A DNA stretch of 64,000 bases, from sequence record OR620964.1; one strand, 5' to 3'. Below are positions 25,619 to 34,701 of this stretch, in pieces. Positions within the stretch are counted from its first letter, which is position 1. Each line of letters opens with the position of its first letter. The position numbers were made by a program, and so were the translations under genes. The notes beneath the pieces are model-generated. The model was not told the origin of the DNA and did no database searches. It worked only from the letters and a program-made list of their open reading frames with translations.

Positions 25619-25905
25619 CAGACTTAACTGTAAGTGTTTGTGGTATAAAGCTGGATAGTGCGATGGCTAAAGCCCGTGATGAATTCAATGCACATATTCG
25701 TGCGCAGCCTTGGTTTAGTGCGTATATCACGGAGTATCGTGCTGTATCATCCGTAACAGGATCTATGGAAAAGACAAAAGCATTATTGCTTGAGCATCCA
25801 GACCTGACTGCTGATGAACTACGTGATATGCTTGCCGAGCAACGTGCTTCTGCAATGATTGATACACTCTGGAATGCCAGCAACATGGACAAAGATCTTG
25901 GCTAG
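25615..25905 (+). CDS. hypothetical protein
   Basis: 96-aa ORF, ATGA overlap. Confidence 0.7.
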   Translation: MTDLTVSVCGIKLDSAMAKARDEFNAHIRAQPWFSAYITEYRAVSSVTGSMEKTKALLLEHPDLTADELRDMLAEQRASAMIDTLWNASNMDKDLG

Positions 25906-25933
25906 GCAGACCTATAACTATCAGGTAGGAAAT

Positions 25934-26278
25934 ATGAACATTCTAAAGAGAACGTACCTAGTTGATTCGTTTGTAGTAGCAGCCGATAAGTCAGTTCGTG
26001 CAAAAGTACAATGCCTTGTCTGGTTGTTTGGTAAGTGTATTAAGAAAACAATATTAGATGTGCGCTCTGCTAATGCGTGGCGTAAACATGCAGTATGGAC
26101 AGCATCATCCGATACAGATTTCATGCAGTCTCATCCTATCGCCAAGATGTTGTCCAATACTGTAAAAGAAATGAAGTATTACAAGACAACATCGTACCAA
26201 ACACTGATAATGAAACGCCTTCTTATCTCAGTACAGAAAGACTGGCATTCAGCAAAACATAACATATTAACTCAATAA
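25934..26278 (+). CDS. hypothetical protein
   Basis: ATG 25934 after AGGA. Confidence 0.65.
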   Translation: MNILKRTYLVDSFVVAADKSVRAKVQCLVWLFGKCIKKTILDVRSANAWRKHAVWTASSDTDFMQSHPIAKMLSNTVKEMKYYKTTSYQTLIMKRLLISVQKDWHSAKHNILTQ

Positions 26279-26288
26279 GGAAAATATC

Positions 26289-27170
26289 ATGGCATCACCT
26301 AAAGATACAGGTAAGTCCGTTCGCTCTGCACATGCTGCTCCGGCCGCTCCAGGTGCTGTTGTTGTTCCTAAGAAATGTACTTCCCGGCAAGCACAGGCAG
26401 TATCCGTAGCATCGGTTGCCTACCAATCAGCATCTAATAATATTGCAGTGGGTCACGCTATGTGTCGACCTGTACGCATGACAGATATTGGACACGGCCA
26501 AGTTGGTGACAAGACGCTATCTGGCATAATCCAGTCGTCCTATCTAAACTTGCTGGACGCTAGCTCCAATCTGGATATCACATTTGCACAACTTGGTATG
26601 TATCCTACAGCTCCGTATTATACTCTGGTTATGAATATGGATGCAGTATCTGATGTTCCTGTGGCCAATCTTGAAGAGTATCCAGTTCTTAATGCTATCA
26701 TGAACATGAGCGCCGAACTTCGAGATCCTATGCCTCTGAAATATACAGTTTGCACCATGGGCCGTGCTGTTGTAAATGCAGTAGAGTGTTTGATCTACAA
26801 TGCAGAGACAGGCAGAGCCGAGTTCAATGAAATGGATTCTTCGGAAGATCTTGAATGCGCGGCACCGTCAAGTAATCAGATTATGGCTACGCATACAACA
26901 TTTAGTCATTCCTTACATTACATGGCTACTGCTAGTATCGCGCGCCTTAATGCAACTAACTACCGCGTAAATCGTATTCGCTCGGCACTTATCCCAAGCG
27001 GCCCTGTAGAAGCAGCAACGGATTCGAAAGCGCTTGGCCCTACCTGCAATTTACAGGAAGATATCTCACTGCGTGAGACTCTGGACAGCCTGGTAGCTAC
27101 TCAGGCACTATTGCATGAGAATATCACGATGTTAAACATCGAAATTCGCGATAACTATCTGTCTCTGTAG
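26289..27170 (+). CDS. hypothetical protein
   Basis: 293-aa ORF, AAGGA RBS. Confidence 0.8.
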   Translation: MASPKDTGKSVRSAHAAPAAPGAVVVPKKCTSRQAQAVSVASVAYQSASNNIAVGHAMCRPVRMTDIGHGQVGDKTLSGIIQSSYLNLLDASSNLDITFAQLGMYPTAPYYTLVMNMDAVSDVPVANLEEYPVLNAIMNMSAELRDPMPLKYTVCTMGRAVVNAVECLIYNAETGRAEFNEMDSSEDLECAAPSSNQIMATHTTFSHSLHYMATASIARLNATNYRVNRIRSALIPSGPVEAATDSKALGPTCNLQEDISLRETLDSLVATQALLHENITMLNIEIRDNYLSL

Positions 27171-27233
27171 TATCGACTGCATAGTATTGGCCTTTACTGG
27201 TATCTAATATAAACTTTATTTGTGGAATAGAAA

Positions 27234-28016
27234 ATGACTGAACCTAAAGTAAAACGTAATAACCGTGGTCGCTTTGAAAGTATTGCAGAAGCAAAAGCAC
27301 CAGTGGCTCAACAAGAGCAAGATAGTCTGGCTACCGCAGATCCAGCGCAAGATAGTCTAGACCATGCAGAGCCAGATCCAGCTATGCCTTCTCAAGCACA
27401 GCGCATGGTTGATTCCTGCCGTAATCTGACCCGAATCTGTATTGTTATCTCTGCCGCTCTGTATGACTGTGGTCTACTGCCTACCGATGATTTGTATGAA
27501 TCGTTGAAGGGTGAGTCAGATGTGTGCGAAGACGAAGATGCTGCACCATCACTCATGGCAGACGTATCGAATACAATCCTTAACTCGCTGCGTGAAGGTG
27601 CTACTGCATATAACTGCCGAGCAATGACTGTCATTGAAGGTAATGCTGTGCCCGCAATGAATTTCGCAGTGCTTATCTCAATGCTGTCCCGCCAACAAGA
27701 TCTGGAAACTGCATACGGCGAATCGTACAAAGAGAATCTCATCCAAAACATGCCAATGCCTCTAGTTGGCCAAGATATGGTACTTCGTTCGTTTGATGAG
27801 ATTCGTGACAATGTGGCGACTGCTGCCTACACCTTGTTCGGTGTTCAGGTCAATCCTGATTCTGTTGCTGATCAAGATTTCACTCCTCGCGAAAACGTAT
27901 CTGATGCCAATGAGAATGTGATTACCATTCTGGACACAACGGCAACTCTGCTTCGTACCGATATTATTCGTAACATCAATATGCACTTTGGTGTAGAGTG
28001 CCCAGGAGTCGTATGA
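27234..28016 (+). CDS. hypothetical acidic protein
   Basis: 260-aa ORF; translationally coupled to the chorismate mutase gene. Confidence 0.8.
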   Translation: MTEPKVKRNNRGRFESIAEAKAPVAQQEQDSLATADPAQDSLDHAEPDPAMPSQAQRMVDSCRNLTRICIVISAALYDCGLLPTDDLYESLKGESDVCEDEDAAPSLMADVSNTILNSLREGATAYNCRAMTVIEGNAVPAMNFAVLISMLSRQQDLETAYGESYKENLIQNMPMPLVGQDMVLRSFDEIRDNVATAAYTLFGVQVNPDSVADQDFTPRENVSDANENVITILDTTATLLRTDIIRNINMHFGVECPGVV

Positions 28017-28432
28017 GCAAGTTAGATGAACTGCGATCTTCCGTAGATATGCTTGATACAGGTCTGGCTCTTGCGCTAACGCGTGATTCTGATATGAATG
28101 AAGTGGATGAAGACATCTACTTTGGTCGTCTTGGTGCATTGTTCGAACGAGCCGTTGAACGTATCGAAGCTGCTGGCTATGGCTCTTCGAAAACTGTGAT
28201 GTGTATATCGTTGCTTATTCTTCGCTCTATCTATGTGGTTGAGATCATGGATGAGAAGAAGCGCCTTGGCATTGTTGCCTATCAGCCAGAACGTGAGCAA
28301 CAGATTCGAGATCGTCTAACAGCTATCCCTAATATTAGCCCTGCGGTAGTTGAGCTAATGATGCAGGTAGTTGAAGATATGCGTAACGGTCAGCTATTAG
28401 ATCCAGAAGGCTTTCGACCAAGTTTGAACTAA
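28013..28432 (+). CDS. aroQ: AroQ-class chorismate mutase with an about 46-aa insertion
   Basis: LDELRSSVDMLD; LLILRSIYVVEIMDEKKRLGIVAYQPERE; VVEDMRNGQ. By-eye register places R8, R71, K82, R94, E95 and Q127 on E. coli PheA CM residues R11, R28, K39, R51, E52 and Q88; AGGAG RBS. Confidence 0.8.
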   Translation: MSKLDELRSSVDMLDTGLALALTRDSDMNEVDEDIYFGRLGALFERAVERIEAAGYGSSKTVMCISLLILRSIYVVEIMDEKKRLGIVAYQPEREQQIRDRLTAIPNISPAVVELMMQVVEDMRNGQLLDPEGFRPSLN

Positions 28433-28438
28433 CAAATG

Positions 28439-28475
28439 AAAAAGGGGAGACGCCAATTAAGGTGCCTCCCCTTTT
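28439..28475. terminator. bidirectional terminator between the convergent arms
   Basis: AAAAAGGGGAGACGCC-AATTAA-GGTGCCTCCCCTTTT. Confidence 0.88.
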
Positions 28476-28480
28476 GTTTT

Positions 28481-28945
28481 CTATAACGCAAAACCAATTG
28501 CAATCGCTGCAATCAATCTTGTTACTGTTAGTTGTAGATCTGCTGATTTCTGATCTGATATCCTTGCCTTACGCTCCTGTTCTAAATCAAGAGCTAGTCC
28601 GTTAGAACGTAGTTCCTCCGCTTGTGCTAGGCGTAGTAGTGCATTCCTTTCATCTATTGTGTGATTCAGCACATCCACCAGCTTGTTTGTTTCTTCTGTG
28701 CGATTCTTAGCACTAGAGTACAGAGCAATCAAATCATGCATACCCTGCTTATTCAATACAGCTACCTGTTGTTCTTCAACTACCTTTATTTCAATCTTAG
28801 GCTTCGTAGGTAATTGTGCCTTATCCCATACCAGCTTCTCAACAACAGGTATCTGCTGTATTGTCGCTTTGGTAGGTACAGATATCTCATTCATGCTAGA
28901 ACATCCAGCAAGAGCAAGACATATCAAAACTAGAATCAGTCTCAT
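28481..28945 (-). CDS. outer-membrane lipoprotein, o-spanin-like, with hydrophobic C-terminus
   Basis: Lipobox LALAGC then Ser at +2; coiled coil; ends RLIAAIAIGFAL. Confidence 0.7.
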   Translation of the reverse strand: MRLILVLICLALAGCSSMNEISVPTKATIQQIPVVEKLVWDKAQLPTKPKIEIKVVEEQQVAVLNKQGMHDLIALYSSAKNRTEETNKLVDVLNHTIDERNALLRLAQAEELRSNGLALDLEQERKARISDQKSADLQLTVTRLIAAIAIGFAL

Positions 28946-29232
28946 AGTTTATCATATTCCTTAGCAAGGTCTTCCATAGACTTGTCTTTATCAGGAACAA
29001 TATCTGGCTTACGTGTCTCATTCAAATCTTTTATTTCAGAGACAACTGATTGAGCATCTTCTTTTTGTTTATCAATCTCTTTCTGGCGTATCTCTTCCTC
29101 CGCCTTTTGAAGATTGGTAATCCCTGTATTGTTCTTGCGTGTGTTAGGACGAACAAGGAATGCTCCGGCAATAAGACCTAGCAGACCTAATATCCAGAGT
29201 CCCCACTTCTTAACAAATAGCCATGCTTTCAT
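28942..29232 (-). CDS. i-spanin-like inner-membrane protein
   Basis: N-terminal TM (WGLWILGLLGLIAGAFLV) plus charged coiled coil; ATGA overlap with the lipoprotein gene. Confidence 0.7.
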   Translation of the reverse strand: MKAWLFVKKWGLWILGLLGLIAGAFLVRPNTRKNNTGITNLQKAEEEIRQKEIDKQKEDAQSVVSEIKDLNETRKPDIVPDKDKSMEDLAKEYDKL

Positions 29233-29294
29233 ACAAACCTCTTCGTATTATAATCAAAATGGGCACCCTACCAAACGATAGAGCGCCCATCATA

Positions 29295-29666
29295 TTAGCC
29301 TACTGTCTTATCGTCGGATTCAACGTCAGGCGCTTTGGCTATCTTTGCCTTTCTCTGTTTCTTCTGTGTGTCATCGGGTCGCTTACTGTTAATCAAGTTC
29401 TCTGCCATGAACGCAACTGAGAAATAGGTTAAATGGTTAGTCTCGTCAGATAACAACATACTGATACAGATACCAAAGGAAACAACCAGACTCGCAATAG
29501 TGGTCAATGGGTTGCGCGTCCAATACTCTTTCCAGTCCAGCCCTTCCCGCGTAGTCTTGTTCACGTAGTTAACTAGAACACCGCCTGCCCATGAGCATAA
29601 AAATGCAACCATTTGAATCCATGTTAGATGATCTGCGGCTTTCTGCACTACGTCGATTGCTTCCAT
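29295..29666 (-). CDS. putative holin
   Basis: Two to three hydrophobic segments and a highly charged C-tail; directly upstream of the spanin pair. Confidence 0.6.
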   Translation of the reverse strand: MEAIDVVQKAADHLTWIQMVAFLCSWAGGVLVNYVNKTTREGLDWKEYWTRNPLTTIASLVVSFGICISMLLSDETNHLTYFSVAFMAENLINSKRPDDTQKKQRKAKIAKAPDVESDDKTVG

Positions 29667-29677
29667 TATTAATACTC

Positions 29678-30232
29678 CTAGAAATTGATTGTCAAGTCTG
29701 TCATCCTGTAATGCTGTCCCTGAGTTAGTGCACCTCCTAATATTTTAAGATCTGCTTCTGAGTTTTCGTCCCCAACTGTGCCAAACATAATGACGTTGGC
29801 GCCGGACGATGCTGCGAATGATGCGAATGATACTGTAGATGATGCTACTGTACTATAGCGCAGAACAAATACGGAAGGAGTACCGGACTTAAGAGATATC
29901 AAGTCTCCCCCTGTAGCGCTAAGGTTAAACGTGAGACTACCAGTAACTGAATCTATGGTGCGAGTAACTGCTTCATTGCAGACGAACACGCCAAGAAAAT
30001 TAGTGTCTGTTAGACCAAATGTCGCAAGTGTAGAGGCGTCCCATACTTCTAAGTTACTTGGATTGGTAAGTGGCTTTGCTGTATCTCTGTAGTATGCCTT
30101 CATTGCTGTAGTAATAGTAGCAGCATCACCTGAGAAAACGCCTATGTGTGTTGTGTTTCCAGCGCCAAGAAATGCAGTGTTAGAAAACATGCCATATGTG
30201 TAGCTACGTCCAGTAATAGTATTCTGAATCAT
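29678..30232 (-). CDS. virion structural protein, paralogue family A
   Basis: SGTPSVFVL and GTVGDENSEADLKILGG motifs shared with 31566 and 33121. Confidence 0.75.
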   Translation of the reverse strand: MIQNTITGRSYTYGMFSNTAFLGAGNTTHIGVFSGDAATITTAMKAYYRDTAKPLTNPSNLEVWDASTLATFGLTDTNFLGVFVCNEAVTRTIDSVTGSLTFNLSATGGDLISLKSGTPSVFVLRYSTVASSTVSFASFAASSGANVIMFGTVGDENSEADLKILGGALTQGQHYRMTDLTINF

Positions 30233-31254
30233 AGTGCGTTAAACTCCAGGTCTGCTGATACCATAGTCCAGCCATTTGGATTTGCTAGTGGCCCTGCGTT
30301 CGTAATAGGCCCTGTTGGTATAAATACATCTTTGGCCACCTTCAGGTCTGAACTCACAGTAAACCCATAGCCAAGATAATCCTGATAACCCAGATAGGCA
30401 TTAGGTAAGATATCAGTTGATGTATTTGGCCAAGATTCATTATGTGGATTGGAGGTGTAGTGGGACGGAATGAGTACCATCCAGCCAATTGTTTTAGGCG
30501 TATTTGGCTTCGGCGTAACGAAGTGTCCATCGAATAGCGTCTGGAAGGGAACAGTCGAAACACCACCACTATTAAGAGCTGACCAGTACAATCTGACCTT
30601 AGAAGTGGTAGCATCTATGTGTATTGGATTAAATCCAGGTGTGGTAGCTAATGCGCCTTTATCTACCCAGGCGTCATTCACCCATATCTGTACGTTTATC
30701 CTAACGGCTGAATTGGACACTGGGGCATTCGGTACTGATACGGGTGATGTTGCACATCCCAGAACATACACATTATTTAATTCTACAGGATCTCCAAATT
30801 CATAGACTATAGTGTCGCCGACAGCAACGAGATTGTTGAATATAGCACTGCCTCCAGCATTATAACCAACAAATGCCTCGGATGCATGTATTCTATGGCT
30901 CAAGCCAAATCCACGAGTTAGCCGTATCATCATCTGGGCATTATACGTAGTCGCTTGTCCTGCGCTGCTCCACAATGCAGACTTAGGAACAACGTACTGC
31001 ACTCCCTTATATTCGTACTGACTATCTGGCCATACGTATACAGAAGGTAGAAATGTTTCGGCCCTCATAGAGAACTTAGCATTCCTATTACCTACTCCAA
31101 ACCGAACACCCTTAGCATACTGCATCTGTAGGCAGTTATTGTATAGATCATTTAGTGGTGGGAGTGTCGCAGGTAGTTCACCATCCATTAAGAATACTGT
31201 ATACTTAGGGGATGAAAGAAGATTATTGTTTAACGTTTGGTTTACAATATTCAT
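30229..31254 (-). CDS. virion structural protein, paralogue family B (jelly-roll-like)
   Basis: G.LP..LPP..DL.NNC, YVVPK, YEFG, W...WVD motifs shared with 32183 and 33669. Confidence 0.75.
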   Translation of the reverse strand: MNIVNQTLNNNLLSSPKYTVFLMDGELPATLPPLNDLYNNCLQMQYAKGVRFGVGNRNAKFSMRAETFLPSVYVWPDSQYEYKGVQYVVPKSALWSSAGQATTYNAQMMIRLTRGFGLSHRIHASEAFVGYNAGGSAIFNNLVAVGDTIVYEFGDPVELNNVYVLGCATSPVSVPNAPVSNSAVRINVQIWVNDAWVDKGALATTPGFNPIHIDATTSKVRLYWSALNSGGVSTVPFQTLFDGHFVTPKPNTPKTIGWMVLIPSHYTSNPHNESWPNTSTDILPNAYLGYQDYLGYGFTVSSDLKVAKDVFIPTGPITNAGPLANPNGWTMVSADLEFNAL

Positions 31255-31264
31255 TGCCTATCCC

Positions 31265-31504
31265 TTATACTTGGTCGGCAGTAATGGAACCTTCTTTATA
31301 CAGCTCTTTCTTGCGTTTCTTCCACTCACTGCTTATCTCTTGGAAGAACTGTGCCATATCATCGTCAGATAACTGGAATGGGTTTGTTACACCACGTTCT
31401 TCGCACTTGGCGGTGAACATGTTCTTGTATTCTTGCTGTAATAGACTAAGGTCAGCGCTTACGCTAATCAGTTCTTTTGCTGCTAGGGCAATACGAATTT
31501 CCAT
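31265..31504 (-). CDS. small helical protein inserted in the paralogue array
   Basis: 79 aa, GAGG RBS; EYKNMF..K....GV.NP..L......FF..I...W. Confidence 0.75.
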   Translation of the reverse strand: MEIRIALAAKELISVSADLSLLQQEYKNMFTAKCEERGVTNPFQLSDDDMAQFFQEISSEWKKRKKELYKEGSITADQV

Positions 31505-31540
31505 GATATATTTCCTCTCATAATTGTGTAGGGAAATTAC

Positions 31541-31561
31541 TGAGGGCCGACTAAGCCCTCA
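31541..31561. terminator. hairpin, possible terminator
   Basis: TGAGGGC-CGACTAA-GCCCTCA with AT-rich flanks. Confidence 0.5.
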
Positions 31562-31565
31562 TATT

Positions 31566-32186
31566 TTATTGAACGTTAATTACGAAGTCGCCAATGATTG
31601 GCACTAATGCACTTACTGTACCAGCTGATAGTATCTGCCCGCCAAGAACCTTGAGATCAGCGTTAGAGTTTTCATCACCAACAGTACCTATAATACATTG
31701 ACCTAGCGCTCTCTGCGTTGTTAACGTGAAGAAGTTGCTGGCATCTACGCGCAGGACAGCGTTATCACAAAAGGCTAGGACGAACCAAGTAGGAGTACCA
31801 GCCGCTATAATCTGACCAGTAGCAGTAGCACCACCGTTAGCCCAAGGAGCTACGTCTGCGACAGATAGCTTTATCTTAAGCCCATTCGTCCCAGCTTTCT
31901 CCGCAGTTACTGCTTGTTGGTATGGAAACGCTGCAAGTAACTTCTTGTTCGAAGGAGAGTTAGCCCACAAGTCTGCGAAGTTAATACCGGGCTCGTATGA
32001 CGTTGCTCCAACAACATGCGGATTTGTTTTAAGCCATTGTGTAATAAGAGCTTCACTCGGCATTGTACCTTCGAATAAATACAATACACGCCCCTGTGTC
32101 GTGCCAGATGTCCCTGCGACACCACCTTTAGCATTTATGCCCCACATCTTTGTTGCTCTTGCTGCGCCTGGTCCGAATTTCATCAC
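31566..32186 (-). CDS. virion structural protein, paralogue family A
   Basis: AGTPTWFVL; GTVGDENSNADLKVLGG. Confidence 0.75.
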   Translation of the reverse strand: MMKFGPGAARATKMWGINAKGGVAGTSGTTQGRVLYLFEGTMPSEALITQWLKTNPHVVGATSYEPGINFADLWANSPSNKKLLAAFPYQQAVTAEKAGTNGLKIKLSVADVAPWANGGATATGQIIAAGTPTWFVLAFCDNAVLRVDASNFFTLTTQRALGQCIIGTVGDENSNADLKVLGGQILSAGTVSALVPIIGDFVINVQ

Positions 32187-33070
32187 ACCACCTCCGTCAT
32201 AATAGATGCAATAGGAACAAGTATTTCACTGAAATTAGGCGCACTAATACTACCCGTCTTAATCACATCTGTCCAGTAGTCCGTACCGTGCTCGGCAATT
32301 ATAGAGAAGTAATCCGCTACACTGTAATCAATGTACGTATCATCTGATTGGCCTGTAGCAAGAGCATAGTACCGTGGCACAAAGGCTATGTGCGTGATTG
32401 GTGTTTTTGCAAACTCAGTACCACGGTCCGACCAGAACTGCAATGTATGATAACAGTTGAACGTACCAGAGGCTAGATACAGGCGCCATTTCTGCGCTAC
32501 AATATCAACAGGGAATTGTGTACTTGTTGCAGGCAGTGTTAGCGCTATATTAGTTGTTACCCAAGAGGCACCATCCCAATACTGAACAACAGGCGGAGTC
32601 CCTATAGATGGATATGTAGGACTCGTCCATCCAAGTTGGCGCATATGCAGAGAACGACCAAAGTCATACTCGATATAGCCACCACCAGATAGAACAAAGT
32701 AGATATTTGTTGTGTTACTTGCCATAGACATACCGGATACAATAAATGATGTATCTCTTGTATTTACTGATCCTGGGTACATGTACGCATACTCAGGAAC
32801 CACATAGTACGTATCAAACGTACCTACTCTCATCGCCTCTCCGTATCCGCCTGTCTTTACCTGAGTATCATAGTGATGAATAGACATTGCCTGAGTTTTA
32901 TCGGCGTTGATAGTGACGGACCTATCGAAACGTGCAACACCTACGGATGTCCTACACAACTGCTCAAACGTTTTTGGCATATTGTCTGAGCTTCCTGTTC
33001 GCAGAAAACCGTACCAATAGCCAGAGCTATTTAAAGTTGTTAGTAGATCTTGTTTCCCTGTACTAATCAT
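32183..33070 (-). CDS. virion structural protein, paralogue family B
   Basis: YYVVPE, IEYDFG, QYWDGASWV. Confidence 0.75.
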   Translation of the reverse strand: MISTGKQDLLTTLNSSGYWYGFLRTGSSDNMPKTFEQLCRTSVGVARFDRSVTINADKTQAMSIHHYDTQVKTGGYGEAMRVGTFDTYYVVPEYAYMYPGSVNTRDTSFIVSGMSMASNTTNIYFVLSGGGYIEYDFGRSLHMRQLGWTSPTYPSIGTPPVVQYWDGASWVTTNIALTLPATSTQFPVDIVAQKWRLYLASGTFNCYHTLQFWSDRGTEFAKTPITHIAFVPRYYALATGQSDDTYIDYSVADYFSIIAEHGTDYWTDVIKTGSISAPNFSEILVPIASIMTEVV

Positions 33071-33093
33071 GGATGCTTCCTCTGGAAGAAACT

Positions 33094-33115
33094 AAGGCCG
33101 CACTAAAGCAGCCTT
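33094..33115 (-). terminator. hairpin, probable terminator
   Basis: Minus strand AAGGCTGC-TTTAGT-GCGGCCTT followed by AGTTTCTT, just after the 33121 stop. Confidence 0.6.
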
Positions 33116-33120
33116 GTTTA

Positions 33121-33672
33121 TTAATAATTGATTATCAAATCTGATACTTGATACGACTGGTCTTTTGTGATATGACCTCCAAGTAATCTCAGATCTGCAC
33201 TAGAGGTTTCATCGCCAACTGTACCTGTGATAATAAATTCAGCATACATGTTAGCTACAGGGGAGCCTCCAAAGTTAGCCCAGCCAGAGAATGTTTGATA
33301 GTAAGGTGCTGTCATTGATATATCACTACACCGTAGACAGAATGAAACAGGTGTACCTGATATAAGTCCTTTAAGGTCTGCAATAATAGTAGACAGCGGA
33401 ATAGCGAATACGTTTTCAATAGTAGGTGTGTATGCAGGTAGCGTGATAACACCCAGACAGTCAGCTTCTACTACGCCCAATGCTGGTGACAGAGTTGCGA
33501 CAAGAGGAGTAAATCCAAGAGTATTTATGTATGTCACATTTATCGCGGCTATGGCTACATCTAGTTCTACCAGAGACTTACTGAATAGCGCTATCGAAGT
33601 TCTGCCTGCCGCAGATGCTGCGGAACCTAGCCCCTGTAACGCTAGCTTGGATGAGTATTTTGTAACGATCAT
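33121..33672 (-). CDS. virion structural protein, paralogue family A
   Basis: SGTPVSFCL; GTVGDETSSADLRLLGG; ATG 33672 gives a 4-bp overlap with the partner. Confidence 0.75.
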   Translation of the reverse strand: MIVTKYSSKLALQGLGSAASAAGRTSIALFSKSLVELDVAIAAINVTYINTLGFTPLVATLSPALGVVEADCLGVITLPAYTPTIENVFAIPLSTIIADLKGLISGTPVSFCLRCSDISMTAPYYQTFSGWANFGGSPVANMYAEFIITGTVGDETSSADLRLLGGHITKDQSYQVSDLIINY

Positions 33673-34691
33673 AGTGAAGTCCCTATGCAAGAAATTGGTA
33701 CCAGATTTACCTTAGGTATTGTGGCAGGAGACGTATTTCCTACGTAAGCATTAGGAATCAGTATATCCGATTGTGCTACCTGTGTAAGATCGTCAGTCAC
33801 AGATAATCCATACGCCCAGTAGTCTTTGTTTGTAGGAGATCTTGTTCCGCCACCAGCGTTCAAGCCCTGCACGTACCAGTCAACCATTGGAGATAGCGGC
33901 TTAGACGCAGGAATAAACACAATGTATGTAACCTTATTCGGTACAGTAGGTGCAGATACATAATGTCCCTCAAACAGACAGCACAGGGAGGATACAGAAA
34001 TGGCAAGCAGAGTAGCCGATGTTGCACGGAATCTTAACTTAGTTGTTCGTACAGGAGCATCGAATGCAAAACTATTTGTCATTAGAGCCGCTGTATACGT
34101 CTTGCCTGTATCTACCCAAACGCCACCAGATAAATATTCTATAGCAACAGGCTGCGTTGTACCACCAGATAAAGGTGTTCCACCTTGTCGAACAGCCAGT
34201 GAAGTAAGAATAACCTCAGTACCAAAGTCATATTCATTAAGAACAAATGGGTCTGCTGTTGAGTTACGCACATAATCACAAACAGAGACTGTCCTGTTCC
34301 ATGGCTCAATCGCAGTAGCAATATTGCTCACACTAATAGAGTTTCGTGTATGCACAATGGTATTCAGTTCACCGAATCCATAGTTTGATGCTTTATACGA
34401 AGGCGTTGTGTGCATCGTAACTTTAGGCACAACATATGTCAGACCATTAGATACAAATTCTGTCCAAGGCATCAAGTCCACATGCGTACTGGATGGAACT
34501 AGGTTAACACTGCGTCGTGTGATTGGATCTAATGAAGGTATCATGAATGTAGCAGATACACAGTTATTCATTAGCTCCGTTATGGTATCAGGCAGTTGTG
34601 CTGGTACCTGTCCCGTAAATGCACAAGCAATCCACCGTGTAACAATAGATGAGTTCATGTACTGATTTAGTTTGGTGTTTAAAATCTTCAC
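33669..34691 (-). CDS. virion structural protein, paralogue family B
   Basis: FTGQVPAQLPDTITELMNNC, YVVPK, EYDFG, GGVWVD; GTG 34691 behind AAGGGG. Confidence 0.75.
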   Translation of the reverse strand: MKILNTKLNQYMNSSIVTRWIACAFTGQVPAQLPDTITELMNNCVSATFMIPSLDPITRRSVNLVPSSTHVDLMPWTEFVSNGLTYVVPKVTMHTTPSYKASNYGFGELNTIVHTRNSISVSNIATAIEPWNRTVSVCDYVRNSTADPFVLNEYDFGTEVILTSLAVRQGGTPLSGGTTQPVAIEYLSGGVWVDTGKTYTAALMTNSFAFDAPVRTTKLRFRATSATLLAISVSSLCCLFEGHYVSAPTVPNKVTYIVFIPASKPLSPMVDWYVQGLNAGGGTRSPTNKDYWAYGLSVTDDLTQVAQSDILIPNAYVGNTSPATIPKVNLVPISCIGTSL

Positions 34692-34701
34692 GGAGTGCCC
34701 C

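Noticed and set aside
25359-27811. Long minus-strand ORFs 25359-25892 and 27392-27811
   Set aside because: Fully antisense to coupled + strand genes; no motifs
28481-29666. Endolysin within the lysis cassette
   Set aside because: No muramidase, amidase or peptidase motifs seen; presumably encoded outside the window
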